Below, in pieces: positions 23,687 through 37,149 of a stretch of DNA of 64,000 bases. This DNA is from Octopus vulgaris. Its lineage: Eukaryota. Each line of letters begins with the position of its first letter. The stretch's first letter is position 1. The notes beneath the pieces were generated by a model. That model ran no database searches, was not told where the DNA came from, and worked only from the letters and a program-made list of their open reading frames with translations. Position numbers and translations under genes: made by a program. The stretch lies in assembly GCA_951406725.2 (NCBI GenBank), contig OX597822.1:24428001-24492000 (forward strand), given 5' to 3'.

Positions 23687-25189
23687 CTGAAAATTCATAT
23701 AAAAAAGACATATATTAGAGTGAGAGAGAGAGAAATAAACAGACAGAATACTTACTATGAAACTTTATAAGTCATTTAATAATTAAAATAATGAAGACAA
23801 AAATATATACAAATGCATCATTTACTTCATTACATTTTTTCAAGAGCCCTGAAAAGGAAAGGGTCATATTTCAAGAGCCTTGAAAAGGGAAGGGTCATAG
23901 ACATGTTAAGAGTAGTGTTAAGAGGTGGGATTAAAATATAAGGACCATATTCAAGAAGTATTTGAAACCAATGAATGAATTTATTCTTTCTTTATTGCCC
24001 ACAAGGGGCTAAACATAGAGGGTACAAACAAGGACAGACAAACAGATTAAGTCGATTACATTGACTCCAGTGCGTAACTGGTACTTAATTTGTCGACCTT
24101 GAAAGGATGAAAGGCAAAGTCAACCTCAGTGGAATTTGAACACAGAACGTAAAGACAGACGAAATACCGCTAAGCATTTCGTCCAGCATGCTAACGTTTC
24201 TGCCAGCTTGCCGCCTTAAATCTTGCCGATGGTGATTAAATAAATACTAATCATAGCAATAGATTTGGTTCAAACAATTATATGCCCTCCAGGCCTAAAA
24301 ACATTTGTCTTCAGTTAATTTATTATCGTTGATGATTTTTTAAGAAGTTAGCTCTGAGCAGTCCTACAATAAAAGGCATTTCATTTATGATTGGGATCAT
24401 CATGATCATCATCATTTTAATGTCTACTTTTCCAGAATTTTTTCTATAGCTGGATACTCTTCCTGTCACCAACATTTGCACACTTGTTTTCCAAGGGAGG
24501 TAATAACCTTCTAGTCTATCGAACAACAAACAGCTCTGGAAAGTGGTTGGGAAGAGAACTTTTTAACCACAGTCACATTCCTTCCGGTGATTAAATATCT
24601 CACTTAAATGCTGCCTCAACTGGCCTCCGTGCCGGTGGCACATAAAAAGCACCAGCCGATCGTAGCCATCGCCAGCCTCGCCTGGCACCTGTACCAGTGG
24701 CACGTAAAAAGCACCCACTACACTCACGGAGTGGTTGGCATTAGGAAGGGCATCGAGCTGTAGAAACACTGCCAGATCAGACTGGAGCCTGGTGCAACCT
24801 CCTGGCTTCCCAGACCCCAGTCAAACCGTCTAACTCATGCTAGCATGGAAAACGGACGTTAAACGATGATGATGACTGCCACACACACAGAGTCTGATTT
24901 TAGTTCATCTAAGTGTGTGAGTGTGTGAGTAAATAAGCCAACAGATTCAGCTCTCCTGGAAATACCATGTTACGGTTGTGATGATATACGATGGCATATA
25001 CATCAATGATATTTATTTTGCAGACATGAAACAGTATATATAGGCTTTTACATTCTTAGTGATTGGGTACAGGAGGTGGCTGACGCGTCATCTCCACCAC
25101 CACCACCACCACCACCACTATTGCTTTCCCATTGCCATTCTCAATCCCACCCATCATCATCTCTTCTGCATCAGCTGATCTGGTCTTAC

Positions 25190-25250
25190 TCCACTTCCCA
25201 CAACCTCATGAACGCTACAGTTTTAGACCAGCCAGAAATAAACCAAATCT
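25190..25250 (-). other. candidate 61-nt 5'-UTR exon
   Basis: Strong acceptor ttttgtttatttttaaacag|, donor GGA|gtaaga. Contains a stop in the MGDRV frame. Confidence 0.35.
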
Positions 25251-26183
25251 CTGTTTAAAAATAAACAAAACAAAACAAAAAAAAAAAAACAAAATATACA
25301 TAAAAGCAGAAGGACATTATCAGATAAGAGTCTGAGATATTATAGCGGCTGAAAATGAGATTGGATGGTCATGGCTGGTACACTTTGATTATAAGCCTGC
25401 TTTATTAGAACTGACATGGGACTGGCTTAATACAACAAAGCCACCACCACCACTTCTCCCATCCCCGTCCCTCCTGTCTTTAGATGTTGGACCATTTCTC
25501 TTCAAAATGCAATTACCAACACTCCTACCACCACCATGCCTACCATCACCACCACCACTCTCTTACTTGCATTACAGATACTTCCACCACCATCACAGCT
25601 ATAAACTGACCCTCCCCCTCTTCACTGCATCAAATGCTACAACTACTACCACCACCACCACCACCACCACCACTCATCGCTGCCTAATCAGCTGATATAC
25701 TATTCCTTCCCCCACCATACACAAAACACTGCTATTCCTGACACCACCACCAGCCTGTTGAAGGAGCTTTACCTCAAAGTGGTCAATCAAACTACTAGAA
25801 ACGATAGCAAAATCTCCCTCAAGATACATTCGAAATGTTAGCACGCTGGGCGAAATGCTTCGCGGTATTTCGTCTGCCGTTACATTCTGAGTTCAAATTC
25901 CACCGAGGTTGACTTTGCCTTTCATCCTTTTGGGGTCGATTAAATAAGTACCAGTTATGCACTGGGGTCAATATAATTGACAATCCGTTTGTTTGTCCTT
26001 GTCTGTCCCCTTGTGGGTAGTAAAGAAATACGATACATTCACACCTCCCCAACCCCAACCATCTTAGAATAGGATACCTTTCGATAACATGTTGTTGGGC
26101 TCCCTGCCTGTAATAAGGAGAAAAAACAGGCAGGATGGTCACGGTTGGAATGCTTTTGATCACCAGGTATTCTCAATCTACCG

Positions 26184-26430
26184 CAGTGGTTCCCAAAGTG
26201 GGCGGTATTGCCCCCAGGGGGTGTTGAAGATAAGTGGGATGATAATGGGGTGGCCAAAATGGGGTGATATAAAAAAAATATTAATAAGTTAATTAGAATT
26301 ATGTTTTATTTGTGAAATACAGTTGTTTTGAATTTACTGCAGAAAATAGTCCATATTTGTGGTGAGGGAGGTGAGAGGGGCGCTAGGAATGTGGCCTGGG
26401 TGCCAGCCCAAAAATGTTTGGGAACCACTG
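26184..26430. mobile_element. hAT (Charlie-like) MITE
   Basis: TIRs CAGTGGTTCCCAAA / TTTGGGAACCACTG. 8-bp TSD ATCTACCG/ATCTAGGG (6 of 8 match). Confidence 0.85.
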
Positions 26431-29400
26431 ATCTAGGGTTAACATGTAGGATGTTTAAAGACAGAAACCATTGCCCTGTCACTTCCATCATCGTGCTCAT
26501 TCCCCTCACCCCACCACCTACTACTGCTATCAGCTGATCTACTGATCTCTCACCACCACCACCACCACTATATCAGTACCTTTTTTATTCTTTTTCTTTT
26601 TATTCTTTTTGTTTGTTTCAGTCATTTGACTGTGGTCATGCTGGAAGACCACCTTTAGTCGATTAAATCGACCCCAAGACTTATTCACTGTAAGCCTAGT
26701 ACTTATACTATCAGTCTCTTTTGGCGAACTACTAAGTTACAGGGACTAAACACACCAACATTGGTTGTCAAGAATGGGTGGGGGTACAAACACAGACCCA
26801 CAAACATATACATGCATACACTTTATGCACACTTTGTGACAAGTTGTGGTGCACCTGAGCACTGTATACAATAATTTCATTATTATTATTATATTATATT
26901 ATATTATATATATATATATATATACATAAATACATACACACACACACACACACACACCCAAATCTACTCACAAGGCTTTTGTCAGCCTGAGATTATAGTA
27001 GAAGACACTTGCCCAAGGTGCTACACAGTGGGACTGAACCTGGAACCATGTGGTTGGCAAGCAAGCTACTTACCACACAGCCACTCCTGCGTCTACCTTG
27101 TCTCTAATTCTCACCATCCCTACTGGCAAGTCATTTATCAACTCAGTAGCCTTCAGCCATCATCATCTTATTACCATCACCACCACCACCACCACTAGCA
27201 TAAACACCACCCGTAACACCACCATCATCACAGCCATGATATCCTACCTCTGATACCATCACCAAGGTAGTGAATGATTCAAGGTTGTTAAGGCTTTGCA
27301 CTATTTGTTTTGTCCTGTCTCTCCACTCAGCAAGATCAACAGTAATTTTTATCTTTCAGGGTCAACAAAATATAGTATCAATCCAGGATGTTGAATTGGT
27401 AGCACTGATGCAGCATTGGACAGGATGTCTTGCAGTATTGATATCATCTTGTGGTTCTATGCAACCTGAAGGCAAGAAGCTGCATCAATCCTGGCAAGAA
27501 GCTGCATCAATCCTTGTGTCCACTTTGAACAATATCAGTGACATGCAGAAGGAAGACATACAGCAGGAGCAATGACAGGTTTTCTATGAAAATATACTAT
27601 ATTTGCCGGTGCCTTGAAGAGGAATTTCCGGATGGAAATCTAGGGCTTCATAAAACATATAGAGGGCCCAGGTTATGGATGTACATATGTATATATGGGT
27701 GTGTGTATGCATCTCTGTAAGTGTGCACATGTGTGTATGTATGTGTGCATGTATGTATGTGTGCATGTTTGTACATGTGCATATAAGTATCTTCAAACCT
27801 TCCAATAGTATCAAGACTGCTACCACCACCACACCCACCATTGCCATCACCCGTACTGCATTCACAATTTCCTGCCCTCCTCCACCTTCGTAAACATTAG
27901 TACTGCTGCTGTTGCCACCACCTCCACCACCACTGATCATCATCAATATCACAAAGCCAATATCCATATCGTTATCATCATATCAATATCACTCTCATAT
28001 TGATAACTGATCTTAATCAATATCATTATCACTCAACACCACAACGACCACCACAATAATTACCACCATCCTTGTCAATAACATTAGCATTATTATCCTT
28101 ATGACCACATTTCCTACAATCACCACCAGCATCATCACAATCATCATCATCATTATTACCACAACCCTCATCATCACCATCTCAAATATAACGATTATCA
28201 TCAATGTCAGCATCACTACCATTGCAACATCTGCAATCATCATCACCATGGTCACTACAGCCACCATCATCTTCAGCATCACTTCGATATCAGAACTTCA
28301 CTTCAACATCGCTTCGATATCATAACTTCACTTTAACATCACTTCGATATCATAACTATAATATCACTTCAATATTTTAACAATATCATAACATCACTTC
28401 AATATCATAACTACCATCATCATCAACACTGTGACCACCATCACCATTATCATGGCTATTCGTGAAAGGCGTACATATTAATATTTATGAAATAGTTTCA
28501 CTTTACTTCATACTGATTTACAACAATAACAATGCAACAAAGCAGGTCATTATTGTCCCACAAGCTACTGCCCTTCACTTGGAACTATCAACATCATGTA
28601 ATTGCCATCATTGGCAACATCAGAAGCATTGCCATTAGTAGCAGTGTAATAACAACAACAATAATTAAACAGCAACAAGAACAATAATAATCAAACAACA
28701 ACAATAACACTAATCTAAAAAAAACACTACACTGGTGGTAGTGTGGTGGTGATGGTTATGGTGATGGTAGTACAGTTTATGGCAGCAGTGGTGGTTGGCA
28801 TTAGGAAGGGCATCCAGCTGTAGGAACTCTGCCAGATCAAGATTGGAGCCTGGTGCAGCCATCTGGTTCGCCAGTCTTCAGTCAAATCATCCAACCCATG
28901 CTAGCACGAAAAGCGGACGTTAAACGATGATGATAATGATTTTTCTACTATAAATTTTGGGGTAGGGGTACAGTTGATTACATCGACCCCAATGCTCAAC
29001 TGGTACTTATTTTATTGACCCTGAACAGATGAAAGGCAAAGTCAACCTTGGCAGGATTTGAACTCAGAACATAAAAACGGATGAAATGCTGCTAAGCATT
29101 TTGCCTGGTGTGCTCATGATTCAGCCAGCTCCCTAATCCTTTCTGCTATAGGTACAAGGCCTGAAATTTTGTGGGAGGGGACTTGTCGATTATATTGACC
29201 CCAGTACTTGGTTGGTACTTATTTTATTGACCCTAAAAGGACGAAAGGCAAAGACAACCAGAACTTGAAGACAGATGAAACACCACTCAGCATTCTGTTC
29301 AGCATGCTAATGAATCTCCCAGCTCGCCACCTTACTACTACTAATAATAATAATTATGATATTAATAATGATTTCAAGTTTTTGTCACAAGGGCAGCTTG

Positions 29401-30099
29401 GTGGAAGGGATTAAGTCGATTACATTGACCCCAGTGCATAACTGGTACTTATTTAATTGACCCTGAAAGGATGAAAGGCAAAGCTGACTTTGGCGAAATT
29501 TGAACTCAGAATATAGTGGCAGATGAAATATCGCTAAGCATTTCGCCCAGTGTGCTAATGATTCTGCCAGCTTGCCACCTTAATAATAATAGTCCTTTCT
29601 ACTCTAGGCACAAGGCTGGTTGATAAGATCAAACCCAGTATGCAACTGGTACTTAATTTATCGAATCCGAAAGGATAAAAGCAAAGTCGACTTCAGCGGA
29701 ATTTGAACTCAGAACGTAAAGACAGATGAAATACCACTAAGCATTTTGCCCAGTGTACTGATTCTGCCTGCTTGCTGCCTTAATAATAATAATATTAATA
29801 ATAATGTCACCAGGGTTAATTTGCCTTTTGGGGTTAATAAAAATAAGTACTAGTTGAATACAGGTTGATATAATTGACTTATTCCCTCTGAAATTGCTGG
29901 CCTTGTACCAAAATTTGAAATCAGTAATAATAATAATGGTTTTAAATTTTGGCACAGGGCCAGCAGTTCTTAAGAGGAAGGGGATGTCAATTACATCAAC
30001 CCCAGTGCTCAACTGGTATTTATTTTATCAATTATTATTATTATTATTATTATTCAGGTCACTGCCTGGAATCGAACTTGGAATCTTGGGGTTAGTAAC

Positions 30100-30348
30100 C
30101 TCCATGGTACCAACATGGGTACTTTTCTGTGTAACACCAGCACAGGCGCTTTTCTGCATGGCACCAGCATGGACACATTTTCATGTGACACCGGCATGTG
30201 TGCATTTTGGTGTGGCACCACCATGGGTGCTTTTCTGCGTGAGACCAGCATGGGTGTTTTTCCATGTGACACGAGCAAGAGCTCTTTTCACATGGCAGAA
30301 GCACAGATGCATTACAAATGACACCAGTACATGTGCCTTTTGTGTGAC
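30100..30348. repeat. degenerate 27-bp tandem repeat (about 9 units) derived from the RTE 3'-UTR motif
   Basis: Units such as CATGGCACCAGCATGGGTGCTTTTCTG resemble family-C GTGCTTTTTACGTGCCACCGGCAC. Confidence 0.7.
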
Positions 30349-30758
30349 AGAATGGCTATAGTTAGAATGCTTTTGAATATAGGTCTGCTTTATTAGGGTA
30401 ACCTTGGGCTAAATGACAAAGCTAAAAGCAAATAAAAATAACTAATTTTCTTAGCAACTCATTTCTCACCATTGACAGACACACTATCTCCTTTACAACT
30501 ATTTGCAACCAGACAACCCTCGGCCTTTCACTCATTTGCCTTTACACACAAACACAGAGAATGATAGAGAGAGAAAGTTAAGAAATAGAAAAATAGAAAG
30601 AGATATAGCACGAAAGATAGATAAAAAAAAAACAAAACAAAAAACATGTGAGAGAGATTATGAGAGATTAAATGACTTGGCATTTATGTCTTTCAATTAG
30701 CATCAGCAATAAGACACTAAGATATGAAGGCATTCTGGAAGCCTTTCTCATGTGCATC

Positions 30759-30805
<47 letters not shown>

Positions 30806-30806
30806 A

Positions 30807-31217
30807 CTAGCAGCTAAGCCCAGTTTCACCTGGTCTGTTTGGATGATGTGGCTGTGATCGTTTTTGGTTAGGCATAATCTATAACAGCGTTTCTCAACCT
30901 CATCATTTTGGGTCCCCTGTTTTGATTGGAGCCTCCACCTGTATGAAAATTTCCTGACCCTACCCTGTCAGAGAACAGCTTCTAAGCAACTGGTTGTTTT
31001 AATGGTAGAACAAACAGGAGAATTCCATTAGGAAAAGTTTTAATCAATTTTCTCGGTAAGTATGGAGGCTAAGTAAAAAAATACAAATTGCATTCCAATC
31101 TATGCACCCATCTCCACATGTGTGCCATTTTTCATGCGAATCCACCCAGCAGTTTGGCTGTGAACCTCAAGACAAGAAAGAATACAACGATCGCCCATGT
31201 CCAATTTATATAATAGA
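30807..31217 (-). mobile_element. non-autonomous Helitron-like element
   Basis: Minus strand reads A|TCTATTATATAAATTGG ... hairpin CCAG-gtgaaa-CTGG ... GCTAG|T. The 5' end resembles that of 7951-8247. Confidence 0.6.
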
Positions 31218-31219
31218 TA

Positions 31220-31358
31220 TATTTACGTGTGTGTTCAGTATTAACTGTTGGACAAAAGAATGCTCAATACCATGGGTAGAGATTAATCATATATTATTTT
31301 GGTTGAGTCAGCCTCTTGGTGCTCTGAGTTTCATCTGTAAACACACTGGATCTTCAGG

Positions 31359-31361
<3 letters not shown>
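31220..31361 (-). mobile_element. PLE terminus with decayed hammerhead (31316-31361)
   Basis: ttgc CTGAAGA tccagtgtgtttacagat GAAACTCAGAG(C)A ccaa. Downstream tail CTCTACC..TGGTATTGAG.A.TCTTTT is shared with 52490-52625. Abuts (TA)n. Confidence 0.5.
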
Positions 31362-31403
<42 letters not shown>

Positions 31404-31406
<3 letters not shown>

Positions 31407-31639
31407 TCTGCGGCAGAAAGGTTGTCTCAATTTCAAAGGTTAATAAAAAAACAAACACATGAAGATGCATGAAAAAACTTTGTATTTCTATGAAATTCAT
31501 TAAATGCCATTTTCTTTTTGTTTCAGGTAGTACCCATCATGGCCTGGAGTGGAGAGAGCATCATTTTTTTTCTTGTATCTTCATGTGTTAGTTTTTTTAT
31601 GAACCTATTAAATCAGGGCAACCTTTTTGCCATATCCTG
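31404..31639. mobile_element. Tc1/mariner MITE, about 65-bp imperfect TIRs
   Basis: TA TSDs. CAGTCTGCGGCAGAAAGGTTG... / ...CAACCTTTTTGCCATATCCTG. Retains a possible transposase start (ATG GCC TGG AGT GGA GAG). Confidence 0.8.
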
Positions 31640-32417
31640 TATATATACACACATACACACTCACACACATTACCATGTAAGGTCAATTACCAAAGCTCAA
31701 TTAGTACAAATAATTAATCCTATTTAAAAGCTTCACACTAATTGAACTTATATGATTCAAATTTGTTATAGCATATTAAAATATTGAATACAGCAATTGG
31801 CTCTCACAGAAAATGAGCCATAAAAACAGTTGTCAGCACTTATCATCCTCCTTTCCCAGCTACTGCAAAAGTGAAATTGTTTTGAAGCTGTTTGTCAAGT
31901 GCAAATAATAAATTGAGTTTTCTCAGAAAGTGCAATTATTCAAGAACAAGTGTTTTTGCAAAACATGAAATTAATACTAATCTGCTGTAAAATGCTGATG
32001 CCAACAAGATGCTATAAAGCAGCTCCAATGGGATTGTCTCAATATTTTTAAATTGGATATACCAAAACTACGTTCATAATTAATGTGAGCAAAACATAAA
32101 TAAATAAGTGTATCAAATGTTAATAGTGCTCTCAAAATCTTCCGCTCACCATCGCTCAAATGCTGTTGTAAACCTCTATATGTCCCAACTCTCGGTTCTT
32201 TGTCTCCCGCTTATTTCTACTACACCTCATACCTTTGGATCCACAGGGATACCTCATCATCACTATTTATCTCCCCCTGCTCCACTCCAAACCCCTCCAA
32301 CCCTTTCTTTTCAAAGGTGAATGGCCATGTAGTCCTTTAACAGCAAGATATCTGTTCTGTTCTGGTCCCCTCTCATGCTTTAACACATTATCTCACACCA
32401 TAAAACTATCTCTCTGG

Positions 32418-32750
32418 AAGGTGAAGGTGTGTGGCTTAGTGGTTAGGGCATTCGACTCATGATCGTAAGGTTGTGAGTTCAATTCCCAACAGCGCGTTGT
32501 GTCCTTGAGCAAGACACTTTATTTCATGTTGCTCCAGTCCACTCAGCGGGCAAAAACGAGTAGTACCTGTATTTCAAAGGGTCGGACTTGTCACACTCTG
32601 TGTCACGCTGAATCGCCATGAGAACTACATTAAGGGTACACATGTCTTTGGAGTGCTCAGCCACTTGCATGTTAATTTCACGAGCAAGCTGTTCCATTGA
32701 TCGTATCAGCTGGGACCCTCGTCGTCGCAACCGACGGAGTGCTCCTACTA
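32418..32750 (+). mobile_element. tRNA-derived SINE family D, full length
   Basis: A box TGGCTTAGTGG, B box GAGTTCAATTCC, then GTGTCCTTGAGCAAGACACTT, and a (CTA)n tail. Related copies: 38548-39065, 57290-57585, 32977-33150, 55370-55500. Confidence 0.85.
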
Positions 32751-33204
32751 CCTCTCTGGGGTTTGTAGTCTTACAAGTTGCATGGTGATCTCACTTGTAC
32801 TTGTTCATGCTGTAAAGTGGTTGGCATTAGGAAGGGCCTCCAGCCATGGAAACTATACTAAAATAGACAATGAAACATGATGTAGTCCTTGGGCCCACTG
32901 GATCCTGTCAAATTGTCCAACCCATACCAGCATGGAAGATGGATATTAAATACTGATAATGTAAGTATGTACAACAGTGAAGGTGCATAGCTTAGTGGTT
33001 AGAGCATTGGGCACACAATCATGATGTATTGAGTTTGATTCCCAGACTGGTCTGTGTTGTGTTCTTGAGCAAGACACTTTATTTCTCCTTACTCCAGTTC
33101 ACACACCTGTAGAAATGAGTTGCAACATCACTGGTGCCAAGGTGTATCAGTGGTGTGGAAAGGGGAGGCTGGTATGCATGGGCGGCTACTGGTTTTCCAT
33201 AAAC

Positions 33205-33910
33205 AACTTTGGAAATATGCTGTGCTTGAGAAGACCAGGCAAGCCAAATGAGACCATAACCTGTGGCCTATGCCAGGAGCGTAACCAGCCCGTTTATGCA
33301 TACCTTTTCCTTCTTTGGACACCAAACTCTGCTTGCAAAGACAAGTGAAATCAAAATCAAAATCACATTCGATGACTGGCATCCGTACTAACGGGGTGCA
33401 AAGAGCACCATACGAGCGTGATCGTTGACAGAGCAGCTAACCGGCTTCCGTGTCAGTGGCACATAAAAAGGCACCATTCAAATGTGATCGTTACCAGCGT
33501 CGCCTTACTGGCACTTGTGTCCATGCTAGTAGGGTGCCAAGAGCACCATCCAAGCATGATTGTTGCCAGAGCAGCCATCTGGCTTCCGTGCCGGTGGCAC
33601 GTAAAAGGGCACCATTTGAGCATGATCGTTACCAACGTCGCCTTACTGGCACCTGTACTGGTGGCATGTGTAAAAAGATTCGAGCGAGGTCATTGCCAGT
33701 ACCGCGTTACTGGCCCCCGTGCCGGTAGCACATAAAAAGCACCCATTACACACTCGGGGTGGTTGGAATTAGGAAGGGCATCCAGCCGTAAAAACTCTGC
33801 CAAATCAAAATTGGAGCCTGGTGCAGCCATCTGGTTCGCCAGCCCTCAGTCAAAATCGTCCAACCCATGCTAGGATGGAAAGCGGACGTTAAACGATGAT
33901 GATGATGATG
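33205..33910 (+). mobile_element. RTE LINE 3' end: ORF2 terminus plus complete 3' UTR with internal tandem duplications
   Basis: LWKYAVLEKTRQAK* is followed directly by family-C sequence and (GAT)n, showing that family C is this LINE's 3' UTR. Confidence 0.8.
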
Positions 33911-34660
33911 AACTTTGCATGAACTTGTGCCTTGGAAGAAAACTGTTCACGTGCAATCCTATGGTCATTCATGACAGAAGGGGGTCTTTACCTATTTTTT
34001 ATGTACAACATTGTTCTCAACACTGATCACTATCAAAATTTCACATTCACTTTCCATGAAGGTATGGATTACTCTTTTACTTGTTTCAGTCATTTGACTG
34101 CGGCCATGCTGGAGCACCATCTTTAGTCGAGCAACTCGATCCCGGGACTTATTCTTTTTGTAAGCCCAGTACTTATTCTATCAGTCTCTTTTGCCAAACC
34201 GCTAAGTTACAGGGACATAAACACACCAGCATCGGTTGTCAAGCGATATTGGGAGGACAAACACAACCACACAAACACACATGCATATCATCATCATCAT
34301 CGTTTAACGTCCGTTTTCTATTCTAGCATGGGTTGGACGGTTCGACCAGGGTCTGGGAAGCCAGGAGGCGGCACCAGGCTCCAGTCTGATCTGGCAGTGT
34401 TTCTACAGATGGATGCCCTTCCTAATACCAACCACTCCGTGAGTGTAGTGGGTGCTTTTTACGTGCCACCGGCACAGGTGCCAGGGCAGGCTGGCAACGG
34501 CCATGATTGGTTGGTGCTTGTTACGTGCCACCGGCATGGAAGCCAGTCAAGGCTGTGTTTGTGCCCCCCAACATCGCTTGACAATCGATGCTGGTGTGTT
34601 TACATCCATGTAACTTAGCAGTTCAGCAAAAGAGACCGATAGAATAAGTACTAATATAAT

Positions 34661-34702
<42 letters not shown>

Positions 34703-35146
34703 CACACACACACATATATATACGACAGGCTTATTTTAGTTTCCATCTACCAAATCCACTCACAAGGCTTTGGTCGGCCTGAGACTAAAGTAGAAGGACA
34801 CTTGCCCAGAGTACCATGCAGTGGGACTGAACCCGAAACCATGTGGTTGGTAAGCAAGCTACTTACCACACAGCCACTCCTGAATAATATTAAAAAGCTA
34901 CTTTCTCCCTCTTGAGAAAAGTTTGAACAATATTTACTCCTATAATTACTTAGTGATCATAGATTTCCTCAAATTGACATAAGAATGGTCAGTCTCCTGT
35001 TTTGAAGAGATGTCCGATTCATGCATCTTTGACCATTTCCATTGTTTCTATAGATGAGCAGAAAGAATAAACTGGTCATCATTGTTTTCCTATCATCATT
35101 GTTTTAACATTCACTTTTCTCTGCACGCATGGATCAGAAAGAATTT

Positions 35147-36420
35147 GTTGGTGGTGGTGAAGGTTGCAGTGATGGTGGTGGTTATGGTGGCAGTTATTGC
35201 GGTGGTGGTGGAGGTTATAGTGGATGTTATTGTGGTAGAGGCAACGGTTGTGGTTGAGGTTATGGCAGTGATGGTGAAGGTTATAGTGGTAGTGCGGTGG
35301 TGGTGTAGGTTTTGGCAGTGGTTATTGAGGTGGTGCTGGTGGTTAAGGTGGTAGTGTGGTGGCAATGGTTATAGTGGCAGTGGTGGAGGTTGAGGTTATG
35401 GCGGTGATGGTGTAGGTTACGGTGGTAGTGTGGTGGTGGAGGCTATGGCAGTGGTGGTATAGGTTGTGGTAGTGGTTACTGAGGTGGTGGTGGAGGTTGT
35501 GGTGGCAGTGTGGTGGTGATGGTTATGGTGATGGTAGTACAGTTTATGGCAGCAGTGGTGGTATTAGTGGAGAGTTTGTAGTAGCTGAGACAGTATTCTT
35601 AGTGGTAGTGATAGCAGCTATGGCTGTGGAGGTAGTAGTGTTGTAGTTGTGTGGTCGTACTAGTGATTGTCCTTGTGGCATTTTGATGTTAGTGAAAGTT
35701 CTGGCAACAGTAACAGTGGTGGAGGGAGTTGGGGTGGTGGTGTTGCAGCAATGCAGCAATGGTAGTGGTAGTTGTAATAATAGCAGTAGTAGTGGTAGTA
35801 GTAGCAGAAGTAGTAGTAGTGATGGTGGTTTTGAGGTGGTAGTTGTGTTGTAGTAGTAGTAGAAGCATTGTTAGTTATGGCAGTAGTGGTAGTAGTTATA
35901 GCTGCTCTGGTAGTAGTAGTAGTCGAGGTTGTAGTGGTCGTTGTAGTGATATTTGGTATTGGTGGTGGTGGTGGTAGAAGTACTGAAGTTCTAGTAATGT
36001 TGTGGTAGTAGTAGTAGTTGAAGTGTTGTCATGGTTATTGCTATATTGCTAGTAGTGGTGACGGTGGTGGTGTTTGTGGTGGTGGTGTGTTGTAGTAGTA
36101 GTGGCAGTAACGTTAGATGGTCGTAGTCATAGCAATAACGATGATTGATGCTATTGATGATGATGATGGTGGTTTCAACCGGATTGATAGTAATAGTACT
36201 TATTACTGTGGTTGATGATGACGATGATGGTAATAATGATGACGATGACGATGGTGATGATGATGACGATGGTGATGATGATGGTGATGATGATGGTGAT
36301 GGTGATGATGATGATGATGGTGATGATGATGGTGATAATGATGATGATGGTGATAATGACGACGATAATGATAATGATAATGATGATAATGATGGTGATG
36401 ATGATTGTGATGATGACGTG
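35147..36420. repeat. low-complexity (GGT/GTA/GAT)n trinucleotide field
   Basis: Degenerate trinucleotide repeats; source of spurious poly-V, poly-S and poly-D ORFs. Confidence 0.9.
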
Positions 36421-36772
36421 TGAGAGAGAGAGAGGGGGGGAGGGCAGACGGAAAAGGAAAACGAAAATCTTACAAATTGGCAAGTCATAATGATAAACTG
36501 CATTGGCGATGATGATGATGATGATGATGATCAGGTGGCTACGTAGACGTAGTAGAAGTAGTAGTGGTGGTGGTGGCAGTACTAGTACTTCTACTAGTAG
36601 TAGTGGTAATAGTAGTAACAGTGGGGGTGGTAGTAGTAGTAGTTATGAGGATACTGGTATTGGTAATGATGCGATGATTGATGGTGATTGGTGAGTGAGT
36701 GGTGTGTGTGTGTGCGCGTTAGCAGTAGCGTTGACTGATGGGTGAGAATGGCGATAAAATTCGCCGCATTAC

Positions 36773-37049
36773 TTATTGTGGATATCAGAGATGGAACGAA
36801 AAAAGAAATAATGGAGGTTAAAGACAAATGATTGAAACTAAATTCATGATGATGATGATGATGATGATGAGTGCTGCGGTAATAAATTATGATTGAGACT
36901 GAGTTCATGATGATGATGATGATGATGATTGTTGCGATAATAAATTATGATTGTGATGATGATGATGGTAGTGGTTTCAATAATAGTCATAAAAGGTGAC
37001 GACGACGATTGTACTTCTGGTGGTGGTGGTGGCGGAGGCGGTGCTTGAC
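36773..37049 (-). other. candidate non-coding 5'-UTR exon
   Basis: Strong acceptor ccttgcttgcttctcttgcag|G at 37049, possible donor TAA|gtaatg at 36773. Upstream donor CAG|gtacgc at 37606. Confidence 0.3.
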
Positions 37050-37149
37050 CTGCAAGAGAAGCAAGCAAGGGGGGGAAAAAAAAACAAAAAAAAAACACAA
37101 GAGATATAATAGGCATGGTGATGTATGTGTGTGTGTGTGTGTGCATGTG

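Noticed and set aside
27355-27670. Plus-strand exon-like segment after a good acceptor
   Set aside because: Contains a 22-bp tandem duplication and frame disruptions. At best a decayed transposon-associated fragment; not assignable.
35082-36503. Poly-Asp, poly-Ser, poly-Ile and poly-Met ORFs
   Set aside because: Trinucleotide low-complexity DNA open in several frames on both strands; no splice or domain support.
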